In this document: piece by piece, positions 25,831-39,459 of the stretch
Numbering within the stretch: the stretch's first letter is position 1
How the letters are laid out: each line of letters opens with the position of its first letter
Assembly (NCBI RefSeq): GCF_001194135.2
Contig: NC_068995.1
Location: 36,047,097-36,103,944, forward strand
Length of the DNA stretch: 56,848 nt
Direction of reading: 5' to 3'
Origin: Octopus bimaculoides
Lineage: Eukaryota
Notes under the pieces: model-generated
Database searches by the model: none
Told to the model about the DNA's origin: nothing
Seen by the model: only the letters and a program-made list of their open reading frames with translations
Made by a program: the position numbers and the translations under genes

Positions 25831-26934
25831 AACAAAAACACAAACAGAAGACTATACAAAAACATAGTAGAAAATTTGTAGCTAGCCCCTTATCAATCAA
25901 TGTCCAAAAGATTATTACAATTGCACACACTTAATGCTGATATTGTTCACTTTTGGTGATGCCTTTGGTGATAAGCCACAGTGAATAGGTAACAAAAGTA
26001 CAGGACAGTGACAAGAACAAACACGACAAAATAAAATATACATATACAACAGAAAAGCCATGCAGCTGCATGACAAGCAAGTATAGGGTAATACAAAGGA
26101 AAATGAAACTGTCCTGGAGACAAGAAGGACAGAGAGACAGTCAGAATGAAGGAAGAAGTAACGTATTAGGGAGGGAAAGATAGAGGATATATATATATAT
26201 ATACAACCCTTAATGGTGCTGGTGGTGGTGGTGGTGGTAATAATGATAATGTCAACAACATTGCTAAAGTGAATGACTTCAGCTATAAAATATGGTGTTA
26301 AGCAGGGGCGGGGGAACAAACCAGATAATCAATTTTTAGAATAAATTAAAATTTTCAAGGACATTTAACTGAAATTAATCAACTATAGTATTTTTAAATA
26401 GGTGCTTATTTCATCAACTCCTGAAAGATGAAGCAAAAAATTAACCTCTGTAGGGAACTATATTGGGACATATCTAAATACTACAAGGTATTTTTGCTAC
26501 CTCATTAGCTCTCGAATTAAAATGTTCCATTCGTCAGATATATTGTGATTTCAAATTTTGGCACAAGGCTAGCAATTTCAGGGGTGAGGATAAGTCGATT
26601 ACATCAAAATCAGTGTTTAACTGGTACTTATTTTATCACCCCCAAGGAGGAAAGGTGAAGCCAACTCTGACAGTATTTGAACTCAGAATGTAATGTCGGA
26701 ACAAATGCTGCTAAGCATTTTCCCCAGCTTTAAGTATCAGGCTTTAAAAACATAAGTACTGGGGTCAATTCATTTGACTAAAAAACTCTTCAAAGTCATG
26801 CCCAGTCTGGTTGCAATCCAATGACTGAAACAAAAATAAAAGATAAAAGTTACTCATATCAATATATTGTATTGTATATTGATTATTGTTAATGTAACAA
26901 TTTATTGTCTTTACTTACAATTGCATGGTAACTG

Positions 26935-27290
26935 CATCATCATCATCGTTTAACGTCCACTTTCCATGCTAGCATGGGTTGGACAATTTGACTGAGGACT
27001 GGTGGACCAGGTGGCTACACCAGGCTCCAATCTGATTTGGCAGAGTTTCTACAGCTGGATGCCCTCCCTAACGCCAACCACTCCGAGAGTGTAGTGGGTG
27101 CTTTTACATGCCACTGGCACGAAGGCCAGTCAGGCGGTACTGGCAACGGCCGCACTCGAAATGGTGTATTTTACGTACCACCTGCACAGGAGCCAGTCCA
27201 GCAGTACTGGCAATGATCTTGCTTGAATGTCTTTTCACGTGCCACTGGCACAAGTGCCAGGAAAGCGACGTTGGTAACAATCACTCACTA
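26935..27290 (-). mobile_element. Family D repeat, longer copy
   Basis: Colinear with 28481-28830. Confidence 0.8.
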
Positions 27291-28480
27291 TTTAAGTAGC
27301 TGATACAGTCAGTGCTAGGTGCCACTAATTTCTACATACATCAAAATATGACTGTCTTACCTCATATTTCAACACAATAAACATTGACAAAACTCCTCTG
27401 TGGTAAATATTTCGACATCAGTTCCACTGTCTGAAGATTCTTTATAATCATACATATTTTATATTCACTGGGTTTGCTTCCAGTTCTTTACATGCTGAGT
27501 TCAAACTCTGTCAAGGTCAGCATTGTCTTTCATCCCTTTGGGATTTATAAAATAAAATGCCAGTGAAGAATTGGGATCAATGTAACTGGCGTGCCCCCTC
27601 TTCTTGATATTGCTGGCCTTAAACTCTTCAACAGACTGGTGTTCTGTTCAAGGGGAATGTTGCGATCTCAGTCACTTACATACTATGAAATCTGGATAAC
27701 TGGTCTTATGAGTTATACGGCCCATGGAAAAAGAACAAAGTTTGGTGACGATGATGATGATAACTTTTTTTTCCCATTTCTCAATGTCTCTTCCATCTAT
27801 AAAATCATGTTGATATACTACTATACTGGCACTCTATCAGCTACAAGGACGAGGGTTCAAATTGATCCAATCAAAGAACAGCCTCCTCATGAAATTAATG
27901 TGTATGTGGCTGAGCACTCCACAGACATGTGTACCCTTCACATAGTTCTCAGGGAGAATCAGTATGACACAGAGTGTGACAAGGCTGGCCCTTTGAAATA
28001 TAGGTACTACTCATTTTTGCCAGCTGAGTGGACTGGAGCAACATGAAATAAAGTGTCTTGCTCAAGGATACAACAGATCACCAGGAATCAAACTCACAAC
28101 CTTGAGATCACAAGCCAAATACCCTGATCACTAAGCCAGGCACCTTCACTATAAAATCATGTAACTGGAGACAACATGAAAGGACAAATATATACAATGA
28201 TCTTACCTTAGAAATTTTTTATCATGATACTTTTTATGAAACCATCCTTATATCTGATACAAAGAATAACGGTTCATGTAGCTGCTCTGTCTGCAGCAAC
28301 ATAATTCTCTAATTTCTTTTCCATTCTTTGGCTAGTACCTCTCTCCAGTCAGCTCATAGTTTTGTCTGGCAAACCTACAGACAGGCAGCTAGACTACACA
28401 CAAAGATTAACTTTAGCAGTAACTCATTGGTTCACTATCCTTTTCTCTGACTAAAACACTTCCAAAAATAAGAACAACAA

Positions 28481-28830
28481 TCATCGTCGTTTAACGTCCA
28501 TTTTCCATGCTAGCATGGCTTGGACGATTTGACTGAGGACTGGTGAAACCAGATGGCTACACCAGGCTCCAATCTGATTTGGCAGAGTTTCTACAGCTGG
28601 ATGCCCTTCCCAATGCCAACCACTCAGAGAGTGTAGTGGGTGCTTTTACGTGCCACCGGCACAAAGGCCAGTCAGGCGGTTGGCAATGGCCACGCTCAAA
28701 ATGGTGTATTTTATCTGCCACCTGCACAAGAGCCAGTCCAGGGGCACTGGCAACGATCTCACTCAAAAGTCCTTACACATGCCGCGGGCACAAGTGCCAG
28801 AAAGGCATCGCTGGGCACAGATGCCATCAC
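28481..28830 (-). mobile_element. Family D repeat, longer copy
   Basis: Colinear with 26935-27290. Confidence 0.8.
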
Positions 28831-28844
28831 AATTTTATGTAAAC

Positions 28845-29050
28845 TGAACTTCAACCTTTGTTCTAGCTCCCATGTTCTTCTAACAGACAAACCAAAAATA
28901 TTATTTCTCACTGAAACACAAATCTTTTATCTTTTATCTCTAACTAATTTCTATTGTTTAGGTTATATTCTATATTCCAAATTCGTCTTTCTGAAAATGG
29001 TGAAAATATATTCATTATTGTATACAACACCTGTAGGAAATTACCTACAA
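28845..29050 (+). mobile_element. LINE AP-endonuclease N-terminal fragment
   Basis: LNFNL....LLTDKPKILFLTETQI...GY.LYSKF resembles the start of an APE domain (L.ET motif). Confidence 0.5.
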
Positions 29051-29407
29051 TTGATTGTTTCATACTTACTGCAATACATGCAAACATCTGTCTGGAAATT
29101 AAAAGATGCTTCCAAGATTTCACTGCATGTCAACTTTCTCTCATCCACTTCCAGTCCCCAGTTTTAGCTAGGTTTTCTGGTCCTTTGCTAGTTCTTAGTA
29201 ACTTTCCCAAATTCCCTTTGTTGCATGCAAAAATGGCTCTGTTAGCAGAACACTTGCTGCTAAAGTTGTAGCATTTATTGTGTAATTTGTTTGAGATACC
29301 TAATATCTTAAACAGAAAAGTGGCTTTGTATTTTGAAGAGTTGAAGATCAATATTGTCTACAACAGATTTGTTAATTAAATGGGGGTTTTTTCTCTCTCT
29401 TTTTCAG

Positions 29408-29777
29408 CTATGAAGTAAACAAAACAGAAAAATTTGGCTTAAGTCTTCCAAAAGGATTTGACTTCAGAAGTGTGGCTTTCAGCTTAGAATGTAATTTTCA
29501 GAAAATACCTTTGAAAGAAATAATATGGAAAAACCTTGTTTGGGTTGCTGGTGGTGCAAACCTTGGACATTATGATGTCTTAACAAGATTCTGTGATGAC
29601 TACATTAGTAGTGTTAAAAGGGCTTTGAACCAAAACTTGATGAGTACTGACCAACAAATTATATATGCTATGAATGTCTATAGGAATTGGTCATCAGTGA
29701 CTTTACAGCTTTGCCATGCAGGTTGGTTTTGCTTAGGATATTTAGCAAAAGATTCATGGGAACAACAACACAAATAA
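29408..29777 (+). CDS. HtrL/YibB-like protein, terminal coding exon
   Basis: Polypyrimidine tract plus TTTTCAG acceptor; phase 2 completes Arg. Open frame YEVNKTEKF...VWVAGGANLG...MSTDQQIIYA...WFCLGY to TAA at 29775-29777. Total CDS is 1014 nt, 337 aa. Confidence 0.85.
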
Positions 29778-30582
29778 TCATGTGATAACTGCTGATTTTT
29801 TTCTTTCAAGATTTTTATGTCTATAATTATCATTTATTTCCATATTATTTATTTTCATAAACAATATTTATTTCTGTAAGGAATATTCCTGCAATACATC
29901 AGTTGACTACCGAGTGCTTGTTATGAGATGCAGCATAATGTAAATTTGCTTTATTCTTTTATACTTTTTGTTTTTGACAAATCATTTTACTGAATATATT
30001 CTGCAAACATTTACTTGAATAGATTTCATTGTTATTTTTTCTTTGTGTTATTTTTTAATAATATTAATTATAAAAGAATAATATAACATAAAAAAGAATT
30101 TCTCTTAATGTTTCTACATCTATATTTCATGTTATCATGAGTTTGGGATTTCTACACAGCATCCAATCTCTGCCAACTATCATTTTCACTTTCAACATCT
30201 CAAATACAATGGAAATATTACATAAAACCAACTCCTATATCACATTTAATTCTTTTTCCCTTTTCAGTTTTCATAGGACCAGATCAAGTGAAAACTTCAC
30301 TTCCAGTGTCATTCACCAGAGAACTTTGGTGAATAGAAATGTTGATAGTCCTAACTTCAACAAATCTTTTGTTCGTATCTGGAATAAGAAGCTAATAGTT
30401 AAGTCACCCACTTAACAGTTCTATTTACCTCTGAGTGCTTTTACAGTGCTTAGAAAAACTGGAGGATCATACAATAAGTATGTGAACCTGAGAGGGGAAT
30501 ATGTTGAATAAATTTGCAATTAACTGTTCCTCTTGTATTTTCTTTTACACAAAGCCAGAAACATTTCAGCACCCCCTCATTT

Positions 30583-30613
<31 letters not shown>

Positions 30614-30622
30614 AAAACACAT

Positions 30623-30836
30623 GAGGGTGTGCTGAAAAGTTTCTGGCTTTAAGAGTATTGCAAAAGGCTTGGTTGGAGGCCTAACCTTTCGAGTTCTTTT
30701 ACAGGGCTTAGAAAAACTGAAAGACCACTGCAATAAGTGTGTGAATCTGAGAGGAGAATATGTTGAATAAAATCATAATTAACTGATCATCTTATATTTT
30801 CTTTTATCCAAAGCCAGGAACTTTTCAGCATGCCCA
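30623..30836. mobile_element. Mariner-derived MITE (diverged sister copy at about 30400-30577)
   Basis: TIRs GAGGGTGTGCTGAAAAGTTTCTGGCTTT and AAAGCCAGGAACTTTTCAGCATGCCC. Confidence 0.75.
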
Positions 30837-31281
30837 CATACTGCACCTAAAACTCCCTTGCAGTCCCTCAATTATATTTCATTCCAACTTTAGATTTTGT
30901 ATTAAACGCTTTATTCACTCTCAGAACTGGATTCCTTCAGAACTACTTCAGTTTATCCACTCACAAACTCACAATTCAAATCAAACACATTTAGTTAGCC
31001 ATATTCACTTGCCATGAATGCATGAATATAAAAATAAGATAATTCAAGATGGAATCACAACAAAATTGATATAAAAAAGCTGTTGATAATTATTGCAATA
31101 GTGACATAATCTGAATGAATTATTAATTCTATCAAGTACTAAGCTAATGATTGTTTTCTGCTAAGTGGTGGATCTAAAGGAAGGCTATGTTTTAGTACAG
31201 TGGTTCCCAACCTAAGTCCGGGGACCCTTGGTGGTCCGCAAAGGTAGTACTGGGGTCCTTGAACTAATTTCAAAGTTTTAC

Positions 31282-31338
<57 letters not shown>

Positions 31339-31339
31339 A

Positions 31340-32338
31340 GAGACCAAAGTGTATGTACGCCGCTATAGGATTATCTTTGCAATTTCGGCTGGTTATACTC
31401 AAGATTGCTCCAATTTGGCCAGCCCTAAGGAAAAACTAAGCTAAGAGCATTAGATTCCTTGGAAGAAAGCAGCGAATGTATACGAAAACAAAGACGGGAA
31501 AAAAACGGAGAAATGTTATACAAATGCAAATAACAGGACATAACAACATGTGTCTTTTGACTAAGGATGAATTAAATTAAGCTGGCATGTGTGGAAGTAA
31601 AGCCTTACAGCAGGGATATAAGATTTGACGGGCACAGGGAGGAACATAGATGTTGCACGGATGGTAGTCTCGACTGAGGATAGAAAACTCCGAATGACCC
31701 ATCCTTGTTTTCTTTGTATCATCTGTCTGGATGTTTTGATGTCCCTTTTTTGTATCACCCAACTGTCTGGATGTTTTGCGTTCTTGTCCCATCTTTGTAT
31801 TTTATATATATATATGTATATATNNNNNNNNNNNNNNNNNNNNNNNNNNNNNNNNNNNNNNNNNNNNNNNNNNNNNNNNNNNNNNNNNNNNNNNNNNNNN
31901 NNNNNNNNNNNNNNNNNNNNNNNNNNNNNNNNNNNNNNNNNNNNNNNNNNNNNNNNNNNNNNNNNNNNNNNNNNNNNNNNNNNNNNNNNNNNNNNNNNNN
32001 NNNNNNNNNNNNNNNNNNNNNNNNNNNNNNNNNNNNNNNNNNNNNNNNNNNNNNNNNNNNNNNNNNNNNNNNNNNNNNNNNNNNNNNNNNNNNNNNNNNN
32101 NNNNNNNNNNNNNNNNNNNNNNNNNNNNNNNNNNNNNNNNNNNNNNNNNNNNNNNNNNNNNNNNNNNNNNNNNNNNNNNNNNNNNNNNNNNNNNNNNNNN
32201 NNNNNNNNNNNNNNNNNNNNNNNNNNNNNNNNNNNNNNNNNNNNNNNNNNNNNNNNNNNNNNNNNNNNNNNNNNNNNNNNNNNNNNNNNNNNNNNNNNNN
32301 NNNNNNNNNNNNNNNNNNNNNNNNNNNNNNNNNNNNNN

Positions 32339-32378
<40 letters not shown>

Positions 32379-33176
32379 TGATTTTTTTTCTAATCCTCCT
32401 ATTCCGCTGTCCCCTACCCATCTCTCCTCCTTCCACGTGACCGGTATCCGGCCAGCCATGATCTTTCTTTCTTGGCCTGACTACCGACCGTCAACATGTC
32501 TTGTGTCCATCTCCCATGTTCCTGCCTTCATACACGCCAGCTCAATTTGAATCGTTCTCAGTCGAAAGACGCCTGTTGTTATTTCCTGTATTCGTAATTG
32601 TGTACTATGTTCTCCATTTTTTTGTTTGTTTGTTTGTTTGTTTTTTGCCTTTGTTGCCGTACACATTCGCTAGCTTTCTTACAAAGGGTTCTAATGCTCT
32701 TAGCTTAGACTTTTTGGGGGAACAACCAGATCGAACCATCTCAAGTGTAACTGCTCGAAATGGTCGTGACTTCTGGTACTTGACTGATGAAAGAAAGCCA
32801 AGAATGACCCGTCTTTTTTTTTTGCCTGTCCTTCTAATTGTTGTTTCTCTTGTCCGCCTTTGTGTCGTCTATCTCTCCGAACGTTTTAATGCTCTCTATT
32901 GCGTTTTTGCTCCATATATATATATGCATACATATGTTGATCTTGGGTTTCGTTTGGTGTATGAGGATGGCCTCAGAGATTCTAAGGTTGTCCCTGTTTC
33001 GCTGTATTGCCTTGATGTGCATTGTGAATTCCCGGGAATTCACAGTGCACATCTTATTGAATCTAATAACATTTTAATAACAAATCATACCATGTCTATT
33101 GAGGAGGCCAAAAGTCAACAATGTGTTGAAGTATTTAATCAAAAAGATCTTTTGACTCAATCTCTTGTCGCCACAT
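31340..33176 (-). mobile_element. Penelope-like element remnant: GIY-YIG C-terminus plus terminal-repeat sequence in mixed orientation
   Basis: The - strand at about 32930-33052 encodes ...NRDNLRISEAILIHQTKPKIN (EA..I..KP.IN motif). 31440-31570 is an inverted homologue of about 32545-32710. Confidence 0.65.
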
Positions 33177-34300
33177 GAACTCAACTTTTTAGTGGGGAGA
33201 TAACCTAATTTTTTAATGGCAATTTTTTAATGGGGGTGAGACAACCAAAAAGTACCAAATTGTCATCTAAGTCACGCAAAAATGAAAATAACACTGACAT
33301 CTCATTTTAACAGATATATTTACCAAAATTACATAAAAATATCTTGAAATACTAAAGAGTAAATTTATTCAATAAAATCGCCATTGGCTTCAACCACGAC
33401 CTCCGGACGACTTTAGAATTTCCTGCAACTCTTCTGGACGGTCTCCTCCTTTAAGTTGGTGAATGCTACCATAATCCTTGCCTTCAGTTCATCTTTGGTG
33501 CTACAAGGAGTTTTGTTGGTCTCTTACTCAGCTGCGCCCCACACTTAATAATCAAGGGAGGTTGCAGTCTGGGGAGTTAGATAGCCAGATGTTAGGGGTG
33601 ATGTCGTCGCAGAAATTATCTGACAGCCATGACTGGGTTCTCCTGCTTGTGTGGCATGCTGCAGAATCCTCTTGCCAGACATAGGGTCTCTCCAGCAGCC
33701 ACCCTCTTGGGTAGCACTCTCTCCTCCAGGCACTTGGTGTAGGCCTCCGTGTTGAGTCTGAGGCCGTGTGGGAGGATGAATGGAGGCATAACGTCACCAT
33801 CACTACTGATCACTCCAAAAATCATGATGTTGACTGGATGTTTGATTTTTATCACTCCCGGTACGTATTTTGGGGACACGGCAAGCCAGTGGTTGTTCTG
33901 TGTGTTCACCATCTGATCCTGGAAGAAATTTTTCTCGTCTGAGAAAAACTAAAGCATGTTCGGTTGGAGGGGATGCTTGAGTTGCCAGACATAGGGTCTT
34001 CCAGCAGCCCCCTTCTTGACCCAGAGCAGTACTACTTCCTCCAGGCACTTGGTGTAGGCCTCCGTGTTGAGTCTGAGGCAGTGAGAGAAGATGAATGGAA
34101 GCATAACGTCGCCATCACTAGCGCGGCCTTGCCTCTTCTCCTTGATGGCTTAATATAAAAATTGGCTCTTTCTCATCTTGTATGAGACATACTGAATGTC
34201 TTCATGCACTACCTGCTTGATAAGAAACTCAGACACACCCATATCCCTGTCGATGGACCTGTTTGACTTAGAGGGATCGTTGTCAATTATGGCCTGGATC
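33176..34300 (-). mobile_element. maT-like DD37D transposon, degraded, with an internal duplication of about 130 bp
   Basis: IMIFGVISSDGDVMPP...WQEDSAACHTS...SPDCNLPD has 37 residues between the 2nd and 3rd Asp. 33670-33805 is duplicated at 33980-34120. Confidence 0.85.
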
Positions 34301-34961
34301 TCACCAACAAATTCTTATCAGAACGATCAGAGTGAGTTTTCCGAGCTGCCGTACCTTCGTAATCACCATTAGACTCATCCAACTCTTTCTGAATCCTCTG
34401 CACTCTCCTTTTTTCCTGTATTTTACCTCCCACCTGCATTTTTCTTGTGCATGTGCGTATATAGACGTGTATATGAAATTTTTGTGCGCGCGCACGTGTG
34501 TGCGTGCGGGTAAGCATGAGTAAGTGAGCATATGCACATACAGCATATATGTATTTTAGATGTGCATCTGAATATAACTGTGCGCGTATGGTTACGTGCA
34601 CGTGTGTGTGCGCATGCGCGTATAGGTATGGGCACGTGTGTGTGGATTTCTATATGTGTACATGCATGGTTGCATATGTATGTGCATCTATTTGACGTAT
34701 GTGTGTTCCATGCGAGTCTGAGTGAACATATGTATATAGGCACATCTACTTGAGCGTGCGTGCGCGCATATATATGCATGTAAATGCGCACGCACGCGAT
34801 TGCTATGAGCTTTCTTACTCCTTTACTTTTTACTTTTTACTTCCTCCCCTTCGGTTTTTTCCCTTAGTTAACGGTCATTTTAATAGCTCTTTTGTCTTAA
34901 TAACGGTCATTTACATAGTAATTTCCCTTTGTTTAACGGTCATTTTCACATCATATTTTAA

Positions 34962-35035
34962 TTGCCTCGATAACTGAAGAGATGCCGGTGCAGGTTTCAC
35001 TCCGACATCCGAAACTCGGAGTTTTATCATGGCAA
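34962..35035 (+). ncRNA. Type I hammerhead ribozyme motif, second family, in a Penelope-like terminal repeat
   Basis: Stem I is TTGCC-TC-GATAA / TTATC-AT-GGCAA; core CTGAAGA at 34974-34980. Stem II is GATGCCGG/CCGACATC (one mismatch, one unpaired C); GAAA at 35011-35014. Stem III is the near-palindrome ACTCGGAGT. Predicted cleavage is after GUU (35023). Confidence 0.65.
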
Positions 35036-35129
35036 CCGAATAACTGTCACATATATTATATTACAAATAAATTCCTCTATTTACATAATATCGAGGTCTC
35101 TTTCATTCTTTTGTTGTTTTGCCATTACT

Positions 35130-35163
<34 letters not shown>

Positions 35164-35164
35164 T

Positions 35165-35223
<59 letters not shown>

Positions 35224-35224
35224 T

Positions 35225-36612
35225 GTTTCTTTATTGGCCAAACAGGGCTGAACGCAGAGGGAACAAAATACAAAGTGGAGCTTTTCTTTTTGGGAAGAGA
35301 GAAAAAAAAAAGGGGGTAGGAATTCGATCAAAAGGGATCGAAAAAAAAAAGAAAAACCGATCAATAGGGATCATGTATCACAGAAATGTCATAATGTAAA
35401 ATGGGGAAACAGATCAGTTTATCCGTGGACAGAAAAGCCTATGGAAAAGACCACAGTAACCTCGGACAATAATGTCATGGAAAATCACATTACAGTAAGT
35501 GACTATTTTTTCCTTTCTTTTTCTGGTTCATAGGATTATATTCAAGGTGGCTCCGTCATTCACATGTGCCATCCTTGCTACATTCACCCATCTTTTTTTG
35601 AAACATTCACTAGACAAAACTTCCCTCTCTACTTTCACCTTCCTCTTCAAGTGATACTTGAAGAAGTTGATGAGAGATTGACCAAAGAGGAAAGTGTTTG
35701 TCTCTAGACCGTTCAGACGCGTCCACCATACACATTCTTTCACCATAGCCACAAGTACGATGAAAATGGCTCTTCCTTCCTGTTTCAAGGAAGGAGGCGC
35801 AACAATACTCACGATAGACTCGGTTGATAAACTGACACGTCCCACACGTGACAGCAGTCGTTCGACATAGGCCCACATGTTGGAAATGGTTGGACACTAC
35901 GAGTGTGTGCAGAACGGTTTCGTCGCTCTGACCGCATCTCTGGCAGGTCGGCCCCGTGTTTCTCGAGCCATGCCTGTAGAGCTGATCCCGAACGGGTAGT
36001 GCTTCTCGATAGCACTGCTAGGCCAGGGATCTCTGGAAGTTGTCCATAGGTCCCGGTCCGAAAGTCGTCTTGAACAGGCGGGTCAGGTATTCCTCGTCGA
36101 CGCCAGGTTCGCCCCGAGATCGTCGTCGTACCTCCCCTCTACTAATCCCCTATAGAATGCTTTGGTTGTGTTGCAGTCGCTCAGGTCGACCCAAGGTCAA
36201 CATNNNNNNNNNNNNNNNNNNNNNNNNNNNNNNNNNNNNNNNNNNNNNNNNNNNNNNNNNNNNNNNNNNNNNNNNNNNNNNNNNNNNNNNNNNNNNNNNN
36301 NNNNNNNNNNNNNNNNNNNNNNNNNNNNNNNNNNNNNNNNNNNNNNNNNNNNNNNNNNNNNNNNNNNNNNNNNNNNNNNNNNNNNNNNNNNTCAATCACG
36401 GCATGCCCAGCCTTCATTTTAACGGGTGTTGGCAGCAAACGGATCGCCTGACTATCGAAACGCATTCTTTCCACAAGAAGTGGAAGAGAAAGCGTTCCAG
36501 TTTGGTGATGGTAGGGTCAAGACAAGGCACGACGGTCAGGCAGTAGTAGATGACGGACGCGATGTACGTGTTCGCCACCTCCACCCGACCTTTTAGGGAC
36601 AGCTTCTTCAAA
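35225..36612 (-). mobile_element. L1-Tx1-like LINE 3' part (ORF2 C-terminus and 3' tail next to (ATAG)n)
   Basis: KLSLKGRVEVANTYIASVIYY...LERFLFHFLWK...CQHPLK followed by an LGMP-like motif is typical of post-RT L1/Tx1 sequence. Confidence 0.8.
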
Positions 36613-36914
36613 TTTTCACAAATTCGATTTCTCGCTGGTGTGTGGACGGTAAAGGTAACTTTGCCCGAATCATTGCATGAAAATATCGAAAAACGGAGGG
36701 CTTCTGACGTTAGTATTCATTCTAGCGTGCCACAAGTGTGGATACTAATGCAGCTTATTCTGCCTTCGCCAGTCTGTTGCATCAAGCGAGAGAACATTCA
36801 GTGCACTTCGCCGTTTGAAGATCAGTGTCCATAGGACAATGATGCAGCACCGTCTGACTCACTAGGCTGCAATGCATGTGCATAAAAACCTGCACAGTGA
36901 CAATGCTTTGAGCG

Positions 36915-37338
36915 GGATGGGCTACTCGACCTGAAGAAAATTTTAACTGAGTCCCACCTGCGGGGCCATGTGCTGTTTATCATGATATGAGATTACTATG
37001 TTGCGCACATATGGTTGTAATGCATGTCCCTGGTGTACCCTTATCAGATGGGTAGTCATGATGAGAATACTGGGCTTCGTATATTTTACCCCAGTGTCAC
37101 TTTGACGGCATGCACTGATCTCCCAATCAGTGAGAGAGCAGCGCATGCCATCAAATTGACAGTGGGATACAATTATACGAAGCCCAGTATACCCATCATG
37201 ACTACACGTCTGATAAGGGTACACCAGGCATCACAACCACATGTGCGCAACATGGCGATCTTATATCAAGATAAACAGCGCATGACCTTGCAGACAGAGC
37301 CCAGTTAGAATTTTCTTTAGGTTGAGTGGCCCTTGCCG
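36915..37338. repeat. About 420 bp imperfect palindrome (fold-back element)
   Basis: CTGGTGTACCCTTATCAGA..GTAGTCATGATG..ATACTGGGCTTCGTATA pairs with TATACGAAGCCCAGTAT..CATCATGACTAC..TCTGATAAGGGTACACCAG. Arm complementarity continues out to ...CGACCTGAAGAAAATT / AATTTTCTTTAGGTTG. Confidence 0.85.
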
Positions 37339-37613
37339 CTGAAAAGGTCCCTGAAAATGTTTTTGTTTAAGGATGATGAACGAAACACCCATATTTCCAA
37401 AGGTGAATTATTAAAACCCCAAAGAATTCCTCTCAACACACGGCTGTGATGCTCCCCCACTACTTCTGCTCGTGATCAAAGATGTACGTATCGTCAGCCA
37501 CCAAGTGACATGCTCAACTGGCTAATGTCAAACAACTGACAAGCAAGTCTGTGGTATTGAGCAGAATATTTGCTGTATCCCATCTTTTATACCAAGACAA
37601 AACAATGTACATG

Positions 37614-37666
<53 letters not shown>

Positions 37667-39215
37667 ACCCGTGTTTGTTTTAAATAAATCAACTTTGTAA
37701 AAAAAATTTTGGACCTGGGTTCGCACCCCTTAAGCATATTTCGTTTCCGGGCCACTCTGCGAAACATAATATTTTCAACTCCCCGTGAAAACTAAACTTC
37801 CTGGCACCTACGCTACAAGCCCTTTGTGTATATATTGCTGGTTACATCATTTACTTGTGGAGATAAATAAAGACCAGTCCGACATCAGCTTCGATTCAAC
37901 AAGATTACGTCAATAGAAACACGTCTAAATATGAATTCAGTTCAGACTGTAAACCTCGGATTTAGAATTCTTTGAGATTTATTTTCGATCACATCAAAAA
38001 TTAAATAAGACGATAACAGAAACTTTAGAATAAGTAAGCAATTGCTTCAAACTGTCAATCATTGATCCAGAATATCGATCTAGCCTGAGATAAATCGATA
38101 TTTAAATTTGTTGCCAGGTGAAAAAAAAAAGGATTAAAAAAAAATAATTCGCTGATCAAATTCATCATCTGTTTATTGCTACTGTTATGAAACTACTACT
38201 AGTATGAAGCGTCCATTCCCAATGAAACTAAGCAAATTGGTTAAGACCAATAAGATTATTGTTGTGTTGTGATGTCGTTGGAAAAATAAGATAAAGAAAG
38301 GATGAGTAAAAGAATACAAGTAGTCCTTTGTTGTTGTGCCATTTTGAGCAAGATGTAAATTAGCAATGTGCTGCAGAATTGTCTAAACCAAGGTCAATTA
38401 GACGTAGGGAAGCAAACATATGGCCAAAGACATTCCGACATAGGATAATGTAAATCAGGATGCACCACGTAAGTTGTCTTCTTAAAATGATTGGATATGA
38501 TTTCAAAGAGATTTCCCAGCTATTTCTTGCAAGATGAATGAGTACATGGAAACTCTATCGTTGATTCTATGTTATTGTTGCGTAACGCTGATCAGCTCTG
38601 CTTGAGCAGATCTTTGACACAGAAACCGCTGGTATGAGCTTAGAGTTCAACATTCTATTCATACTGACTCTATGAAGTATAATAACGATACTGTGGATTT
38701 GCTGTTCATTAGGACCGAGTCGAATAGACCTATAATTAAAGGAGTTTCGGATGTGAGCTCTTTTTTTTTCAGGAATAGTGTATCTAGAGCTACATTTTTC
38801 AATAGTTTTGCCCGTTTAATGTGTATTACAAAGTAATATGAGAAATATTTTTGCTGCTATTTCTAGCAATTTGAATGATTGTGAAAAGCATCCTTTATTG
38901 GTTCATATTGATAATGAAGTTGGTGACGGTGATGGTGGCGATCAGACTAGTAATGCTGGCGGTGGTGTTGTGGTGTGATGATGGTTATGGGGATGGGGAA
39001 AGTGAAATAACGGTAGTTTCAGTGATGGTGAATGGAAGGTGTTTGAGTAAATTATACAATTATTTGTCATGTTTGTCACGAATAACCTTTCGTTGTCCAT
39101 AAATAAACAACGTTGGGAAATGTTGTGTTGATATATCGATGACCATAGCGTCTTGAATACTCAAATTTTAATTCCAAAAAGTAAACGCTGGTGTCTTTCT
39201 GTCTGTTTCCGGATG

Positions 39216-39285
<70 letters not shown>

Positions 39286-39459
39286 TATGTATGCATGTAT
39301 GTATGTTCTTAGCTATAGCTCACAGTTTAACCTCTGGGTAACTAGAGGTTTGCACAAGAGGACCTGTTTTCAAGGTCGTAGTATATGAGACATTTTACTG
39401 AAATTTCTTCACTTTAATTTCTGACAGAAAAAAAAAAGCTAAATACATTGCTTATCGCC

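Noticed and set aside
32735-32810. GAAA...CTGATGA motifs in the Penelope-like repeat (and CTGAGGA at about 31673)
   Set aside because: No stems I-III can be drawn, and the downstream motif is GAAT rather than GAAA.
36925-36945. CTGAAGA at the end of the 420-bp palindrome
   Set aside because: There is no stem II or GAAA partner, so it is not a hammerhead.
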